A stretch of 36,133 bases of DNA from Candidatus Saccharimonadia bacterium. Its GTDB lineage: Bacteria > Patescibacteriota > Saccharimonadia > UBA4664. Below are positions 1-8,429 of this stretch, piece by piece. The stretch spans positions 1 to 36,133 of the forward strand of contig JBBRTP010000001.1 of the NCBI GenBank assembly GCA_038244255.1. Direction: 5' to 3'. The position numbers were made by a program, and so were the translations under genes. Numbering within the stretch: position 1 is the first letter of the stretch; each line of letters begins with the position of its first letter. The notes under the pieces were generated by a model that made no database searches, was not told the DNA's origin, and saw only the letters and a list, made by a program, of their open reading frames with translations.

Positions 1-507
1 ACCGCGCCAGTAAGCGCCGGCGATCGACATCAGCTTAAACGCTTTGATGTCGCCGGCCGCTTTGACGTGCGGCCCGCGGCAGAGGTCGGTAAAGGGGCCG
101 TCGGTGTAGATGCCCACTTCTTCCACTTTGGCCGCGTCATCAACGCCCAATTGCTCCCGATCAATCTCTTTCGCCAGTGTGGTACCGTGCTTCTTCAGAT
201 CACCCAGCAGCTCGACCTTGTACGTCTGATCCTGCTCTTTGAAGTACTTCACGGCCGCCTCGAGCTTCATGGTCGAGTGCTCAAACGGGTAATCGGCCTT
301 GATCACCTCACGCATCTTGGCCTCGATCTTTACCAGATCGTCGTCGCTCAGGCGGGGCTCAACGTCGACATCGTAGTAGAAGCCATTCTCTACCACGGGG
401 CCTACTCCGAACTTCGTGTTAGGGTGAAGCTCCTGGATGGCGGTCGCCATGATGTGCGCCAGGGAATGGCGCATCGCGTGTAACTGATCTTGATTCTTCT
501 CGGCCAT
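1..507 (-). CDS. thrS: threonine--tRNA ligase, N-terminal part (gene runs off the window at position 1); starts just before the editing-domain HxxxH motif, with no TGS domain
   Basis: My own minus-strand translation from the ATG at 505-507, with an AAGGAG SD upstream. It reads MAEKNQDQLHAMRHSLAHIMATAIQELHPNTKFGVGPVVENGFYYDVD...CRGPHV...IKAFKLMSIAGAYWRG, which matches conserved ThrRS motifs. It is absent from the ORF track because it is truncated. Confidence 0.85.
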   Translation of the reverse strand, partial: MAEKNQDQLHAMRHSLAHIMATAIQELHPNTKFGVGPVVENGFYYDVDVEPRLSDDDLVKIEAKMREVIKADYPFEHSTMKLEAAVKYFKEQDQTYKVELLGDLKKHGTTLAKEIDREQLGVDDAAKVEEVGIYTDGPFTDLCRGPHVKAAGDIKAFKLMSIAGAYWRG

Positions 508-527
508 GATAATTTCTCCTTAAAATA

Positions 528-675
528 ACAAAAACGCACAAACAATTGTGCGTTCGGACCCTTACGGGCGGTTCCACCGAACTTCTCTCGATGACGAGAG
601 CTCTCGTGATCCCGGTAGACACTGCCGGTAGTGGAGCTCGCAGGATGGTGAGGCCCGGTCATCGCTCTCTAACTC
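528..675 (-). promoter_or_regulatory. T-box riboswitch leader of thrS
   Basis: The minus strand reads AGAGAGCGAUGA... then GUUCGG-UGGAACC-GCCC-GUAA-GGGU-CCGAAC. This is a textbook antiterminator with a 7-nt UGGAACC bulge. It overlaps the terminator AACGCACAA-uugu-UUGUGCGUU-UUU, which lies directly before the SD and ATG. Confidence 0.7.
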
Positions 676-688
676 CCTCAGACTAACA

Positions 689-718
689 CAAAACCGGCTC
701 CGCGAGGAGCCGGTTTTG
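689..718. terminator. hairpin terminator downstream of the 736-1185 gene
   Basis: AAACCGGCTCC-gcga-GGAGCCGGTTT, an 11-bp perfect stem. Confidence 0.6.
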
Positions 719-735
719 TAGCGAACTGGACAGAA

Positions 736-1185
736 TTATGTGGAGCTGGGGGACTCGGGGGCCTGAGAAGCTTCGGTCTTTAAGTGATCGGGGACGCCGG
801 TGATTAATTCACCAGTCGCCGGTGCGCCGACGATCGGTGATCCCGCGTCCTGGGCGCTTCGAACTACCGAGTCAACTAAGGCGTCGGCCATCGCTGCTTG
901 AGCCGGCGCAGCATCTAACTTCGCCCGCAATTCAGGGGTCATCGGCACGGGGACGCGGTCGGTCGAAGGCCCGACGACTGGCGCCGCGGCTTCCTGACCT
1001 GGCATGCTATCGATGATCGGCGGCGCTGCTGGCGGAGCGTCTTCGGCGCGGACAACACCGGGAACACTGTCTATCAAACCGGGCGACGCTGGCTGCGGCG
1101 CTGGCGATTCTAGGACGCCGGAGGCATCTACCGCGGCCTTGATCGCGGCCTGGTCGGGGGCGGGACCTTGTGAATCTGGACTCAT
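736..1185 (-). CDS. hypothetical Pro/Ala-rich low-complexity protein
   Basis: Listed in the ORF track. It has an internal ID-S-[VM]-PG repeat and no recognisable domain. Confidence 0.45.
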   Translation of the reverse strand: MSPDSQGPAPDQAAIKAAVDASGVLESPAPQPASPGLIDSVPGVVRAEDAPPAAPPIIDSMPGQEAAAPVVGPSTDRVPVPMTPELRAKLDAAPAQAAMADALVDSVVRSAQDAGSPIVGAPATGELITGVPDHLKTEASQAPESPSST

Positions 1186-1291
1186 TTTTGAACCTTTTTG
1201 TTTTTAGCTGATATTACGGCTCAGTATAGCACAAAAGCATAAGAATTACAAGACCATTTTTTAGCCCCGGAAATACTCCTGGGGCTCTCGC

Positions 1292-1780
1292 CTACTCTTG
1301 AGGGTGTTCGTCGCGCAATGTGTCCTCGGCGGCAAGCTCGTCCGGCGTCTGCACATGCGGCTGCTCGGGAGGTCCAGGCCTCCGACCAAGCGGGTCGAAA
1401 TGGCCCTGCTCGTAGCGCTGCGTGTCAAACTCCGCCTTACCGGCCCCCGTGCGCTCGGCATCCTGCGCCACCTGACGCCCCACCCCAGTGAGACGATCGG
1501 GAAACGGATGCATCGGATCCTCCTCGCCCCTTGAGCGGCGGGCCTCATAATCATCGGCGTTAAGCTGATCCGGCGTTCGTGGCCGGGCCGCATAACCAAG
1601 ATCAGTATGAGCCGTGGGCTCGACATCGGATGGCTCATCGGGCTTAGCCTCGGCCGCCCGTCTCGCGCTCTCCCCCGCGTCGAACGGCTTCCTGCGAGCC
1701 TCCGCTAGGAGCTCTTCATTAGTTGGTCCGGGTCTATCGCCGAAGAGGTCTTCGCCGCCCTGTTCTGGTGAGTTTGCCAT
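1292..1780 (-). CDS. hypothetical acidic, probably disordered protein
   Basis: Listed in the ORF track. No recognisable domain. Confidence 0.45.
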   Translation of the reverse strand: MANSPEQGGEDLFGDRPGPTNEELLAEARRKPFDAGESARRAAEAKPDEPSDVEPTAHTDLGYAARPRTPDQLNADDYEARRSRGEEDPMHPFPDRLTGVGRQVAQDAERTGAGKAEFDTQRYEQGHFDPLGRRPGPPEQPHVQTPDELAAEDTLRDEHPQE

Positions 1781-1885
1781 AGCTCTAGTTTACAACAAAA
1801 GAGGAACGTCCCCACCGAGCTAGCTATCCCTTAGCATCGAAAAACTGAAACAAAACCAGGGTTGAGGGGTATAAGTAGTACAAGC

Positions 1886-2419
1886 ATGGAAGATTCATAC
1901 GCCATTTCAGCCACCTTGAAGGGAGATATCGACTCGTTCGAGATCCTCGTCAATCGTTACTATCGTGGCCTGTTCAACCACTTGTATGTGATGGTTAGAG
2001 ATGAGAGTTTGGCTGACGATCTAGCCCAAGAGAGCTTCATCCAGGCTTTTAAAGCTCTGCGGCGCTATAACCCAGAATACCGGTTCAGTACCTGGCTCTA
2101 CCGGATAGGAACAAACTTGGCGCTTAAATCGCTCCGCAAGCAGCGCTCTATCCGCCTCGATGATATCCCCGAGCTGCCAGATGGCCACGACCCCGGTAAG
2201 GCCACCATCGTTGAGCAGACCGAGGCACAGGTGCGTGCTGCGATTGCATTGCTGCCGCTCAAGTACCAAACCGTGATTAGCCTCTTCTACTGGCACGATC
2301 AATCATACGATGAGATAGCGACAACGCTATCTGTACCGGTCGGAACCATCAAGACCTGGCTGCACCGAGCCAAACAAGCCCTTAAACACTCACTGGAGGA
2401 GTCACTATGGATCGACTAG
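1886..2419 (+). CDS. ECF-type RNA polymerase sigma factor
   Basis: Region 2 (DLAQESFIQAF...FSTWLYRIGTNL) and region 4 (YQTVISLFYWHDQSYDEIATTLSVPVGTIKTWLHRAK) are present. The ATG at 1886 is preferred over the TTG at 1862. Confidence 0.85.
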   Translation: MEDSYAISATLKGDIDSFEILVNRYYRGLFNHLYVMVRDESLADDLAQESFIQAFKALRRYNPEYRFSTWLYRIGTNLALKSLRKQRSIRLDDIPELPDGHDPGKATIVEQTEAQVRAAIALLPLKYQTVISLFYWHDQSYDEIATTLSVPVGTIKTWLHRAKQALKHSLEESLWID

Positions 2420-3201
2420 ATAACCTTATTAAAACCAGTGCCACCAATCTCACCCCGCGGGATGATGCGGCGACCAGAGTAATGCGAGATATCCAAAAGC
2501 GGCGCTGGGGGAGGCTTGTACCGACATCTCGCTTCGCCCTGCCTATGCTGGCCTTTCTCATGAGCGGCCTCGCACTCGCAGGAACCGCTAGCTACGCCTA
2601 TTATCAGTCGAACCTCAGGCCAGCGCTCAGCCGAGCTCAGCTCGAACAGAGAGTAGCTCGGCAAATCGCAGCAGCCAGGGCAAATAATGTTGGCCTTAAC
2701 ATCAACGAAGGCGAGATACCGAGAGAACCTGCTGGCATCAGCCTCCCTAGCTGCGAGACAACTACGGCCGAGCTGTGTATGTATAACTTTGGGGTCACGA
2801 ACGGCGGCGAGGCGATCGTAGTCTCGGAAGGCTACTTTGCTGATGAAGCCAAGATGCGCCGCCTGGCAGAGACACTATTTGCCCAGACCAAACAGCTTAA
2901 TTTTGCTTCTCGTACGCCAATCTACTCAAAAAAAATCGACGCGCTAAACCTCCCTCTGCTCGTCCAGATAAGTCAGGATCATCGTCAGCCGACCGCGACC
3001 GAACAGGCACAGCTCGACCTCTCCACCCCAGACAGACCATTTGGCCAATGGAACTGCGGTAGCGAGAGCGGCTGTGACCTCGAGTATAATTACTGGCCCG
3101 GAGCCACAGTCGCGGATTGGAGTAACTGGGAGCTAGCAAGCCAGCACGTTCACACTCTCATACTCAGTAAACCCACGTCCGATACGCCTTACATAAAGTA
3201 A
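2407..3201 (+). CDS. putative membrane-anchored anti-sigma factor
   Basis: It overlaps the sigma stop codon by 13 nt and has a GGAGGA SD. It has a single TM segment (FALPMLAFLMSGLALAGTASYAYY). The functional call rests on gene context only. Confidence 0.5.
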   Translation: MDRLDNLIKTSATNLTPRDDAATRVMRDIQKRRWGRLVPTSRFALPMLAFLMSGLALAGTASYAYYQSNLRPALSRAQLEQRVARQIAAARANNVGLNINEGEIPREPAGISLPSCETTTAELCMYNFGVTNGGEAIVVSEGYFADEAKMRRLAETLFAQTKQLNFASRTPIYSKKIDALNLPLLVQISQDHRQPTATEQAQLDLSTPDRPFGQWNCGSESGCDLEYNYWPGATVADWSNWELASQHVHTLILSKPTSDTPYIK

Positions 3202-3226
3202 TTCGGCTGGGGTCATACAAGCTCCA

Positions 3227-3266
3227 CCAATAATAAGACCCCACCGGCGTGGGGTCTTATTATTGG
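3227..3266. terminator. bidirectional hairpin abutting the CCA end of tRNA-Val
   Basis: CCAATAATAAGACCCCA-ccggcg-TGGGGTCTTATTATTGG. Confidence 0.6.
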
Positions 3267-3340
3267 TGGACAATACAGGACTCGAACCTGTGACCTCTGC
3301 AATGTGAATGCAGCGCTCTAACCAACTGAGCTAATTGTCC
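3264..3340 (-). tRNA. tRNA-Val (anticodon CAC), CCA encoded
   Basis: Minus strand: GGACAATTAGCTCAGTTGGTTAGAGCGCTGCATTCACATTGCAGAGGTCACAGGTTCGAGTCCTGTATTGTCCACCA. Anticodon loop is TTCACAT. Confidence 0.9.
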
Positions 3341-3453
3341 CTAACCAACCCCGACGCTTCGGTCGGGGCTCCGACTGGAACGTCGGAGCTGAGCTAATTG
3401 TCCGTAACGGACAAATCTTAGCAGGAAAGTGCTGCTTCATCTAGCCTAGAGGC

Positions 3454-3681
3454 TCACTCGAACGGTGGATCTAGTTCAAGGCTGAGCATGGAGAGTAATG
3501 ACTCCGCCAGATCGGGCCCGAGGCGCACCTCACGGCTGAGGCGACGCGGCCCCGAGAGGAACTTGAGGGTAATGTTATCCTCGGCGTCGCGGTCGAGCAT
3601 TACGATATCGACCCCGCGCCGTACCGGCACTGGCCTCGCTAGCGTCTGCATGAATGTTATCTGGCGGCCACTTCTCGCCAT
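3454..3681 (-). CDS. hypothetical small protein
   Basis: Listed in the ORF track. A GGGGG SD-like motif lies upstream of the ATG. No recognisable domain. Confidence 0.35.
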   Translation of the reverse strand: MARSGRQITFMQTLARPVPVRRGVDIVMLDRDAEDNITLKFLSGPRRLSREVRLGPDLAESLLSMLSLELDPPFE

Positions 3682-3898
3682 ATCTACCCCCGAGCTTGTG
3701 CTCTTTATTGGTGGTAATCGTAACCTTTATGTACGATTCGTGTCATTTGCCATTCCTACAGGACGTTATTTTGAGGCCAAATATTTGGATGTTGTTACAA
3801 TGACAACACGGATAATGCACTCCCAGAGCCATAAACACCTTAAGCGGTATCGGGCGTCAACTAATGGTTAGGTCGCCATCCTCACACTCCCGCCCGTC

Positions 3899-3937
3899 AC
3901 AAGATAAAAACCCCACAGCGTGGGGTTTTTATCTTGG
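3899..3937. terminator. bidirectional hairpin abutting the CCA end of the second tRNA-Val
   Basis: CCAAGATAAAAACCCCA-cagcg-TGGGGTTTTTATCTTGG, the same design as 3227-3266. Confidence 0.6.
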
Positions 3938-4011
3938 TGGATCCTAGAGGATTCGAACCTCTGACCCCTTCAACGTCAATGAAGTGCTCTAGCCAGCTGA
4001 GCTAAGGATCC
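3935..4011 (-). tRNA. tRNA-Val (anticodon GAC), CCA encoded
   Basis: Minus strand: GGATCCTTAGCTCAGCTGGCTAGAGCACTTCATTGACGTTGAAGGGGTCAGAGGTTCGAATCCTCTAGGATCCACCA. Anticodon loop is TTGACGT. Confidence 0.9.
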
Positions 4012-4202
4012 GCGAACTAATTGTTACTCGGACAAGGTCAAACTATAGCGCAAAAACCTCTGGTGGGCAATGACTACGATCTTAGGTAAAAAGGTTTGAC
4101 TAGATTGGCCATACCACCTGGGTTAAGGTGGTCTTACAGAAATCCTTCTGTCGGCGCCATTCCACTGCGAAAGTGTGGAAGTACCGGGAAGGATGTAGTC
4201 AC

Positions 4203-4808
4203 ATGACTACTACTCCACAAACTGCACCGTTCGACCGGATCGACGAGCTCACCGCTCACCTCGGTACGGTCCAGACCACGCTACTCGGTATCTTCGCCGA
4301 GAGCAACCAGCGTCACCAGGCTATCGATGCTGAGTACGCACCCGAGGTCAACCCGCTGCTCAAGGACGCCCAGGACACCTTCAACGAGCTCCAGCGGCTG
4401 TGCGAGGCACGCCGGACCGACCTGCTGCCCACCAAGGGTGCCAAGCCGGCCAAGAACGCCAAGCGCAACACTGGTACGGTGGGCTGGCGAGCGGCGGTCC
4501 GCGTCGTCACCCATGTCCCGGACGAGGAGTTAGTTGCTCGCCTCCGGTCTATGTCTCCGGCGATCTCGCGGCGGTTCGTCCGTCGGACGGTCCGCTACGA
4601 GCTCAACCGCGACGCTCTGACCTACCTGGCCAACCGCGATCGGGTGGTCGAGCTCGAGGGCATCGAGCTCGATACCAGCGATGACTTCTACGTCATCCCG
4701 AGCGCCGGTATGCGAATGAGCACGGCCAAGCCCTACTGGCCGCGGCTCGAGGGCCTCTCCGGTCCGCTCATGCTCAACGCCGTCCTGAACCAGGACACCG
4801 ACGCGTAA
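4203..4808 (+). CDS. phage Mu Gam-like (host-nuclease inhibitor / DNA-end binding) protein
   Basis: An N-terminal coiled coil is followed by GTVGWR...RFVRRT...ELNRDAL...DDFYVIP. From memory, these parallel the Mu Gam motifs GDVSWR...RFIRTK...EINKEAI...EDFSIIP. ATG at 4203. The gene is GC3-rich. Confidence 0.6.
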   Translation: MTTTPQTAPFDRIDELTAHLGTVQTTLLGIFAESNQRHQAIDAEYAPEVNPLLKDAQDTFNELQRLCEARRTDLLPTKGAKPAKNAKRNTGTVGWRAAVRVVTHVPDEELVARLRSMSPAISRRFVRRTVRYELNRDALTYLANRDRVVELEGIELDTSDDFYVIPSAGMRMSTAKPYWPRLEGLSGPLMLNAVLNQDTDA

Positions 4809-4822
4809 CACCGCGTCACCCG

Positions 4823-4848
4823 CCCCTCCGCCATGCCAGGCGGAGGGG
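4823..4848 (+). terminator. terminator of the Gam-like gene
   Basis: CCCCTCCGCC-atgcca-GGCGGAGGGG followed by TCTCTATTTG. Confidence 0.6.
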
Positions 4849-4946
4849 TCTCTATTTGTATCCCCTTATGCTTGCAGAGCACCCGTGTACCGCATACGCT
4901 GTGAGTAAGTTTTTGTGGAAAGTCCCAGCGTAAGAGGAATGTTTCT

Positions 4947-6080
4947 ATGCTGAGTCAGCAAATCGCCGATAAGATCCGTGCTAAGGTCAGCACCCTGGTT
5001 AGCCAGGAGCTTCGTGTGACCGGTGCGGCCGGCGAGACGCTCTCGGCCACCAGTGGCTTAAAGCCAGAGAACATCGACCTCACTAAAGTGCCATGGGCCA
5101 TCCCCTTCTCGTATGGCGGCAACGTGGTGGGTTACATCGTCCTCGCCGCCGAGATGAGTAATCACGATGAAATCGCCCCACTCATCCGCAGCATCGCCGA
5201 GCTCGTAATGCACCAGAGTATCGTGCTCGAGCAGATCCCGCGTCAAGACGAACGGCTGGATAAATTCATCTACGATCTACTCAATCAACCGCAGCCCGAC
5301 TGGTCGCTCCTTACGGCCGAGGCTCGCCTCTTTGATATCGACCTCGAACGCCCTCGTATCGCCATTGTGATCCAGCTGGACGATCCCATGCTCACCGCTC
5401 GCTCTCAGGATCCGTCCAACGATCGTGAAGTTCGCCTCACCCGTTATAAATTTGGCATTAATCGCGCGCTTAACTCGTTCTACACCTCAAGTCGCGAGAA
5501 TGTAGTGAGTTACCTCGGTGGCACCTCATTCTCGATCCTAAAAGACCTAGTCACCGATACCGAGAGCGACCTGGCAGCCAGCCTCGAGGGCTTCAAGAAG
5601 AGTCTTAATGCCATCTACTCTATCCTCAGAAGCGAGCTCAAACTCCCAACCACGGTGGGCGTTGGCAATTATCACCCTGGGTTGGAAGGTCTGCGTCAGA
5701 GCTACCACGAGGCCATTTCAGCTATCGAGCTGGGCGCTCAGACCTGGGACGTTGATCGTATCTATCACATCGATGACTTCGGCGTGGTGGCACCACTCCT
5801 TTCGGGCGTGGACGAAAGTAATATTTACTTCTCCCGTGAGCTCCTGGACCGCCTCGGCGAAAATGCCGAGATTATCCAGACTCTAGAGGCCTTCTTCAAC
5901 TTCGATATGAGTCTCACGCGTACTGCCGAAACGCTTAAAATTCACCGTAACACCTTGGTTTACCGGCTAGATCGCATCACCGACACCCTCGGGCTCGACC
6001 CGCGGGTATTTGACGATGCGGTGCAGATAAAACTGGCTATTTTATATAACCGGTTTGTGGGGCCAGCTCATGCGGCTTAA
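4947..6080 (+). CDS. CdaR/PucR-family transcriptional regulator
   Basis: C-terminal PucR-type HTH (LTRTAETLKIHRNTLVYRLDRITDTLGLDPRVFDD). The N-terminus looks like a diacid-regulator domain. Confidence 0.85.
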   Translation: MLSQQIADKIRAKVSTLVSQELRVTGAAGETLSATSGLKPENIDLTKVPWAIPFSYGGNVVGYIVLAAEMSNHDEIAPLIRSIAELVMHQSIVLEQIPRQDERLDKFIYDLLNQPQPDWSLLTAEARLFDIDLERPRIAIVIQLDDPMLTARSQDPSNDREVRLTRYKFGINRALNSFYTSSRENVVSYLGGTSFSILKDLVTDTESDLAASLEGFKKSLNAIYSILRSELKLPTTVGVGNYHPGLEGLRQSYHEAISAIELGAQTWDVDRIYHIDDFGVVAPLLSGVDESNIYFSRELLDRLGENAEIIQTLEAFFNFDMSLTRTAETLKIHRNTLVYRLDRITDTLGLDPRVFDDAVQIKLAILYNRFVGPAHAA

Positions 6081-7254
6081 CCATACCCTAGCTCAACAGA
6101 TCGTTGATAAGGCGCATACTATTTTAAAGCGTGACATCTTACTAGCCGATCTCGCTGGTCAGCTCATCGCTTCAAATACCCCTAAGCACCGCGCTTTTGT
6201 ACCCGAGGCGCTCAGCGTGGCTCAGACCGGACGCACCGTCACCAGTGGCTTCGAGGGCCGCGAGACGCGCTGGTGGCCATTCCTCTACGATGACGTGATC
6301 ATCGCCGTCTTCGGGTTGCCGCTGGAGGCGGGCACCCTCACCCAAGAGGCCACCATATTGCTCCACGGACTGGCCGAGGTCATCGTGTACCAGCACTTCC
6401 TGCTCGATAAGATCCAGAGCGCCGAGCGTGTCCGGGCCGATTTCATCAACGACGCACTCACCGCGCCCAGCATCGATGTGGACGCCATCTATAGCCAAGC
6501 CGATATACTGCAGCTCAACTTGCGTTCGGCTCAGTGCGTCATCTTGATTCACCTAGCCGGCCTCGAAGAAGCCGCCCGCACCGAGTTCGCTCACCTATCA
6601 TCCGAGGAGGAGCTCATTCAGCTCGATCAGATCACCGAGCGCATCAGTAACCACATTCGCGAAGGCTTCAAGAACTTCCAAGACAACTTGGTGGCATACA
6701 TTGGCGACGATCGCTTCGTCTTACTAAAAGGTATTGGTGGCGAGAGTCTCACTACCTTAAATACCATCCGATTCATGACCGAAAAGAGTGAATATGCTCT
6801 CGAACTGTTGCAAAAATTACAACGTAAAGAGACCATTACCATCGGCATCGGCCAATATTACCCCGACCTACCCGGCCTCAGAAAGAGCTATCAGGACGCC
6901 AAATTGGCCTTAGAGGTCGGTAGTAAGGTCTGGGGGCTTAGCCGCATCTACCACATCAAGCACGTTGGTATGTTCATAACCCTAGCCAATACCTCCCAGG
7001 ACCGTAAGGCCGAGCTCGCCCACCAGATTCTCTCGCCGCTCCTGCGCGATGAGCAGCTCTTCAAGACCGTGCAGGCCTTCCTGGCATCCGGGCTCAACCT
7101 CACCGACGCTGCAGAGAAGCTCCATATTCATCGCAACACGCTGATCTATCGGCTCGATAAAACCAAGAAATTGATTGGTCTAGATCCACGCCATTTTGAT
7201 GATGCATTGCAAATAAAACTTGGGCTGATGTTCTACCAGGAGTCTCCAGTGTAA
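6070..7254 (+). CDS. CdaR/PucR-family transcriptional regulator (tandem paralog)
   Basis: C-terminal HTH (LTDAAEKLHIHRNTLIYRLDKTKKLIGLDPRHFDD). The ATG at 6070 overlaps the end of the upstream gene by 11 nt. Confidence 0.85.
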   Translation: MRLNHTLAQQIVDKAHTILKRDILLADLAGQLIASNTPKHRAFVPEALSVAQTGRTVTSGFEGRETRWWPFLYDDVIIAVFGLPLEAGTLTQEATILLHGLAEVIVYQHFLLDKIQSAERVRADFINDALTAPSIDVDAIYSQADILQLNLRSAQCVILIHLAGLEEAARTEFAHLSSEEELIQLDQITERISNHIREGFKNFQDNLVAYIGDDRFVLLKGIGGESLTTLNTIRFMTEKSEYALELLQKLQRKETITIGIGQYYPDLPGLRKSYQDAKLALEVGSKVWGLSRIYHIKHVGMFITLANTSQDRKAELAHQILSPLLRDEQLFKTVQAFLASGLNLTDAAEKLHIHRNTLIYRLDKTKKLIGLDPRHFDDALQIKLGLMFYQESPV

Positions 7255-7477
7255 TGTTCTGTTCGGTCTGCTAAATGTAGTTTCATATCTGGAATATATC
7301 TGGCTGTTCGCTTAATAAATGTGTTCACGCACGCACTCTCGGCAGAACCCACAAAGCACCCAGCCATTTCACCGACAACTTTTGGCATTCTATCGCTTTG
7401 ACTCAAAGGGTCCGTCAAGGTATCTTAAGACCGTCGTTCAGATCCCAGTGGGGGTCATGTAAGTAACTGAGGTAGAG

Positions 7478-7732
7478 ATGCAAAAAGAAAATCTCGATGA
7501 CTACGTGCTGCCGTACGTGGATTTTTATATGGAGATCCCGCAGACCGATGCCGCGGATTATCTCAATGAGATCCATCCCGGCATACACGATGATCACAAA
7601 CCGGTCCAGGATAGCGTTGGGCTCAGTGTCGAGCAAGTCTCCGAAATACGCCGTGACTCACTTGAGGCGGCCTCGCAGACCGAAATCGTACCTGATGAAC
7701 AAGGCCTCTTCTCGACCAGCCAAGACATCTAA
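7478..7732 (+). CDS. hypothetical acidic protein
   Basis: Listed in the ORF track. GAGGT SD-like motif. It lies in an AT-rich intergenic-like region. Confidence 0.4.
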   Translation: MQKENLDDYVLPYVDFYMEIPQTDAADYLNEIHPGIHDDHKPVQDSVGLSVEQVSEIRRDSLEAASQTEIVPDEQGLFSTSQDI

Positions 7733-7775
7733 CATCGTCCGATATAGGGTCATAAGCGTGGCCCTATATTAGGGC

Positions 7776-7804
7776 TTGACTGTTCGGTTTCTATTCGGTA
7801 TTAT
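7776..7804 (+). promoter_or_regulatory. sigma-70-like promoter TTGACT-17-TATTAT
   Basis: Read directly from the sequence. A leader with two hairpins follows (ATCAC..GTGAT and GCTCGTAC..GTACGAGC). Confidence 0.5.
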
Positions 7805-7887
7805 CACTCACAGAGGGTGATAGGGAACAAATATAAGAACGGTGCTCGTACTGATTTTAGGTGAGGTGTACGAGCGGAAGGAGTGTC

Positions 7888-8295
7888 ATGGCAGAATCAA
7901 TTGAACAGCTGCGTATCTATACGTCAGCGAGGGCCGGTGAAGATGCCGTCTATGAACTGGTAAAGCAGTTCCCAGCGGATCAGTTTTACGGGCTCGGTAA
8001 CGACCTACGGCGAGCGAGTGCAGGCGTCTCGCACTACATCATGGAGGCTCATCGCCTCTTCAGCTACCGGCTTAAGCTCGACGCACTGGCTAATGCGCGC
8101 CGCGAGGCCGAGGTTACTAAGACCCTACTCGAGAAGGCGCGCCCTAATGGCGCCAGCGACGAGCTCATCGAGGAGTACACCACCATACTTAAGCAGTCGT
8201 GGGGTCTTACCAAATGGCTCAAAACTAAGCTCACCGAAAAGAGCGAGAAAGCCGAAGTCGCAGCCAAGGAAGAGATGGTCCAAGCCACCGCCTAG
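7888..8295 (+). CDS. four-helix-bundle protein (23S rRNA IVS / Avd-like family), orphan copy
   Basis: AAGGAG SD and ATG at 7888. The pattern LRIY...VYELVKQFPADQFYGLGNDLRRASAGVSHYIMEA fits this family. Confidence 0.7.
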   Translation: MAESIEQLRIYTSARAGEDAVYELVKQFPADQFYGLGNDLRRASAGVSHYIMEAHRLFSYRLKLDALANARREAEVTKTLLEKARPNGASDELIEEYTTILKQSWGLTKWLKTKLTEKSEKAEVAAKEEMVQATA

Positions 8296-8429
8296 CCGAG
8301 CCTGCGTAGTACCGGGTTCGAAAGACCCACGGCAACGCCGTGGGTCTTTTGTTGACCAGTCTACAATGAAAACGAAATCGCCCCCGGAGGGGCGACCTCG
8401 CTCGATAGAACGAAGGGACCACGGGGGCG

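Noticed and set aside
67-483. A 138-aa plus-strand ORF at the left edge.
   Set aside because: It is antisense to a minus-strand reading frame that translates into unmistakable ThrRS motifs behind an SD and a T-box leader. The plus-strand ORF has no features of its own.
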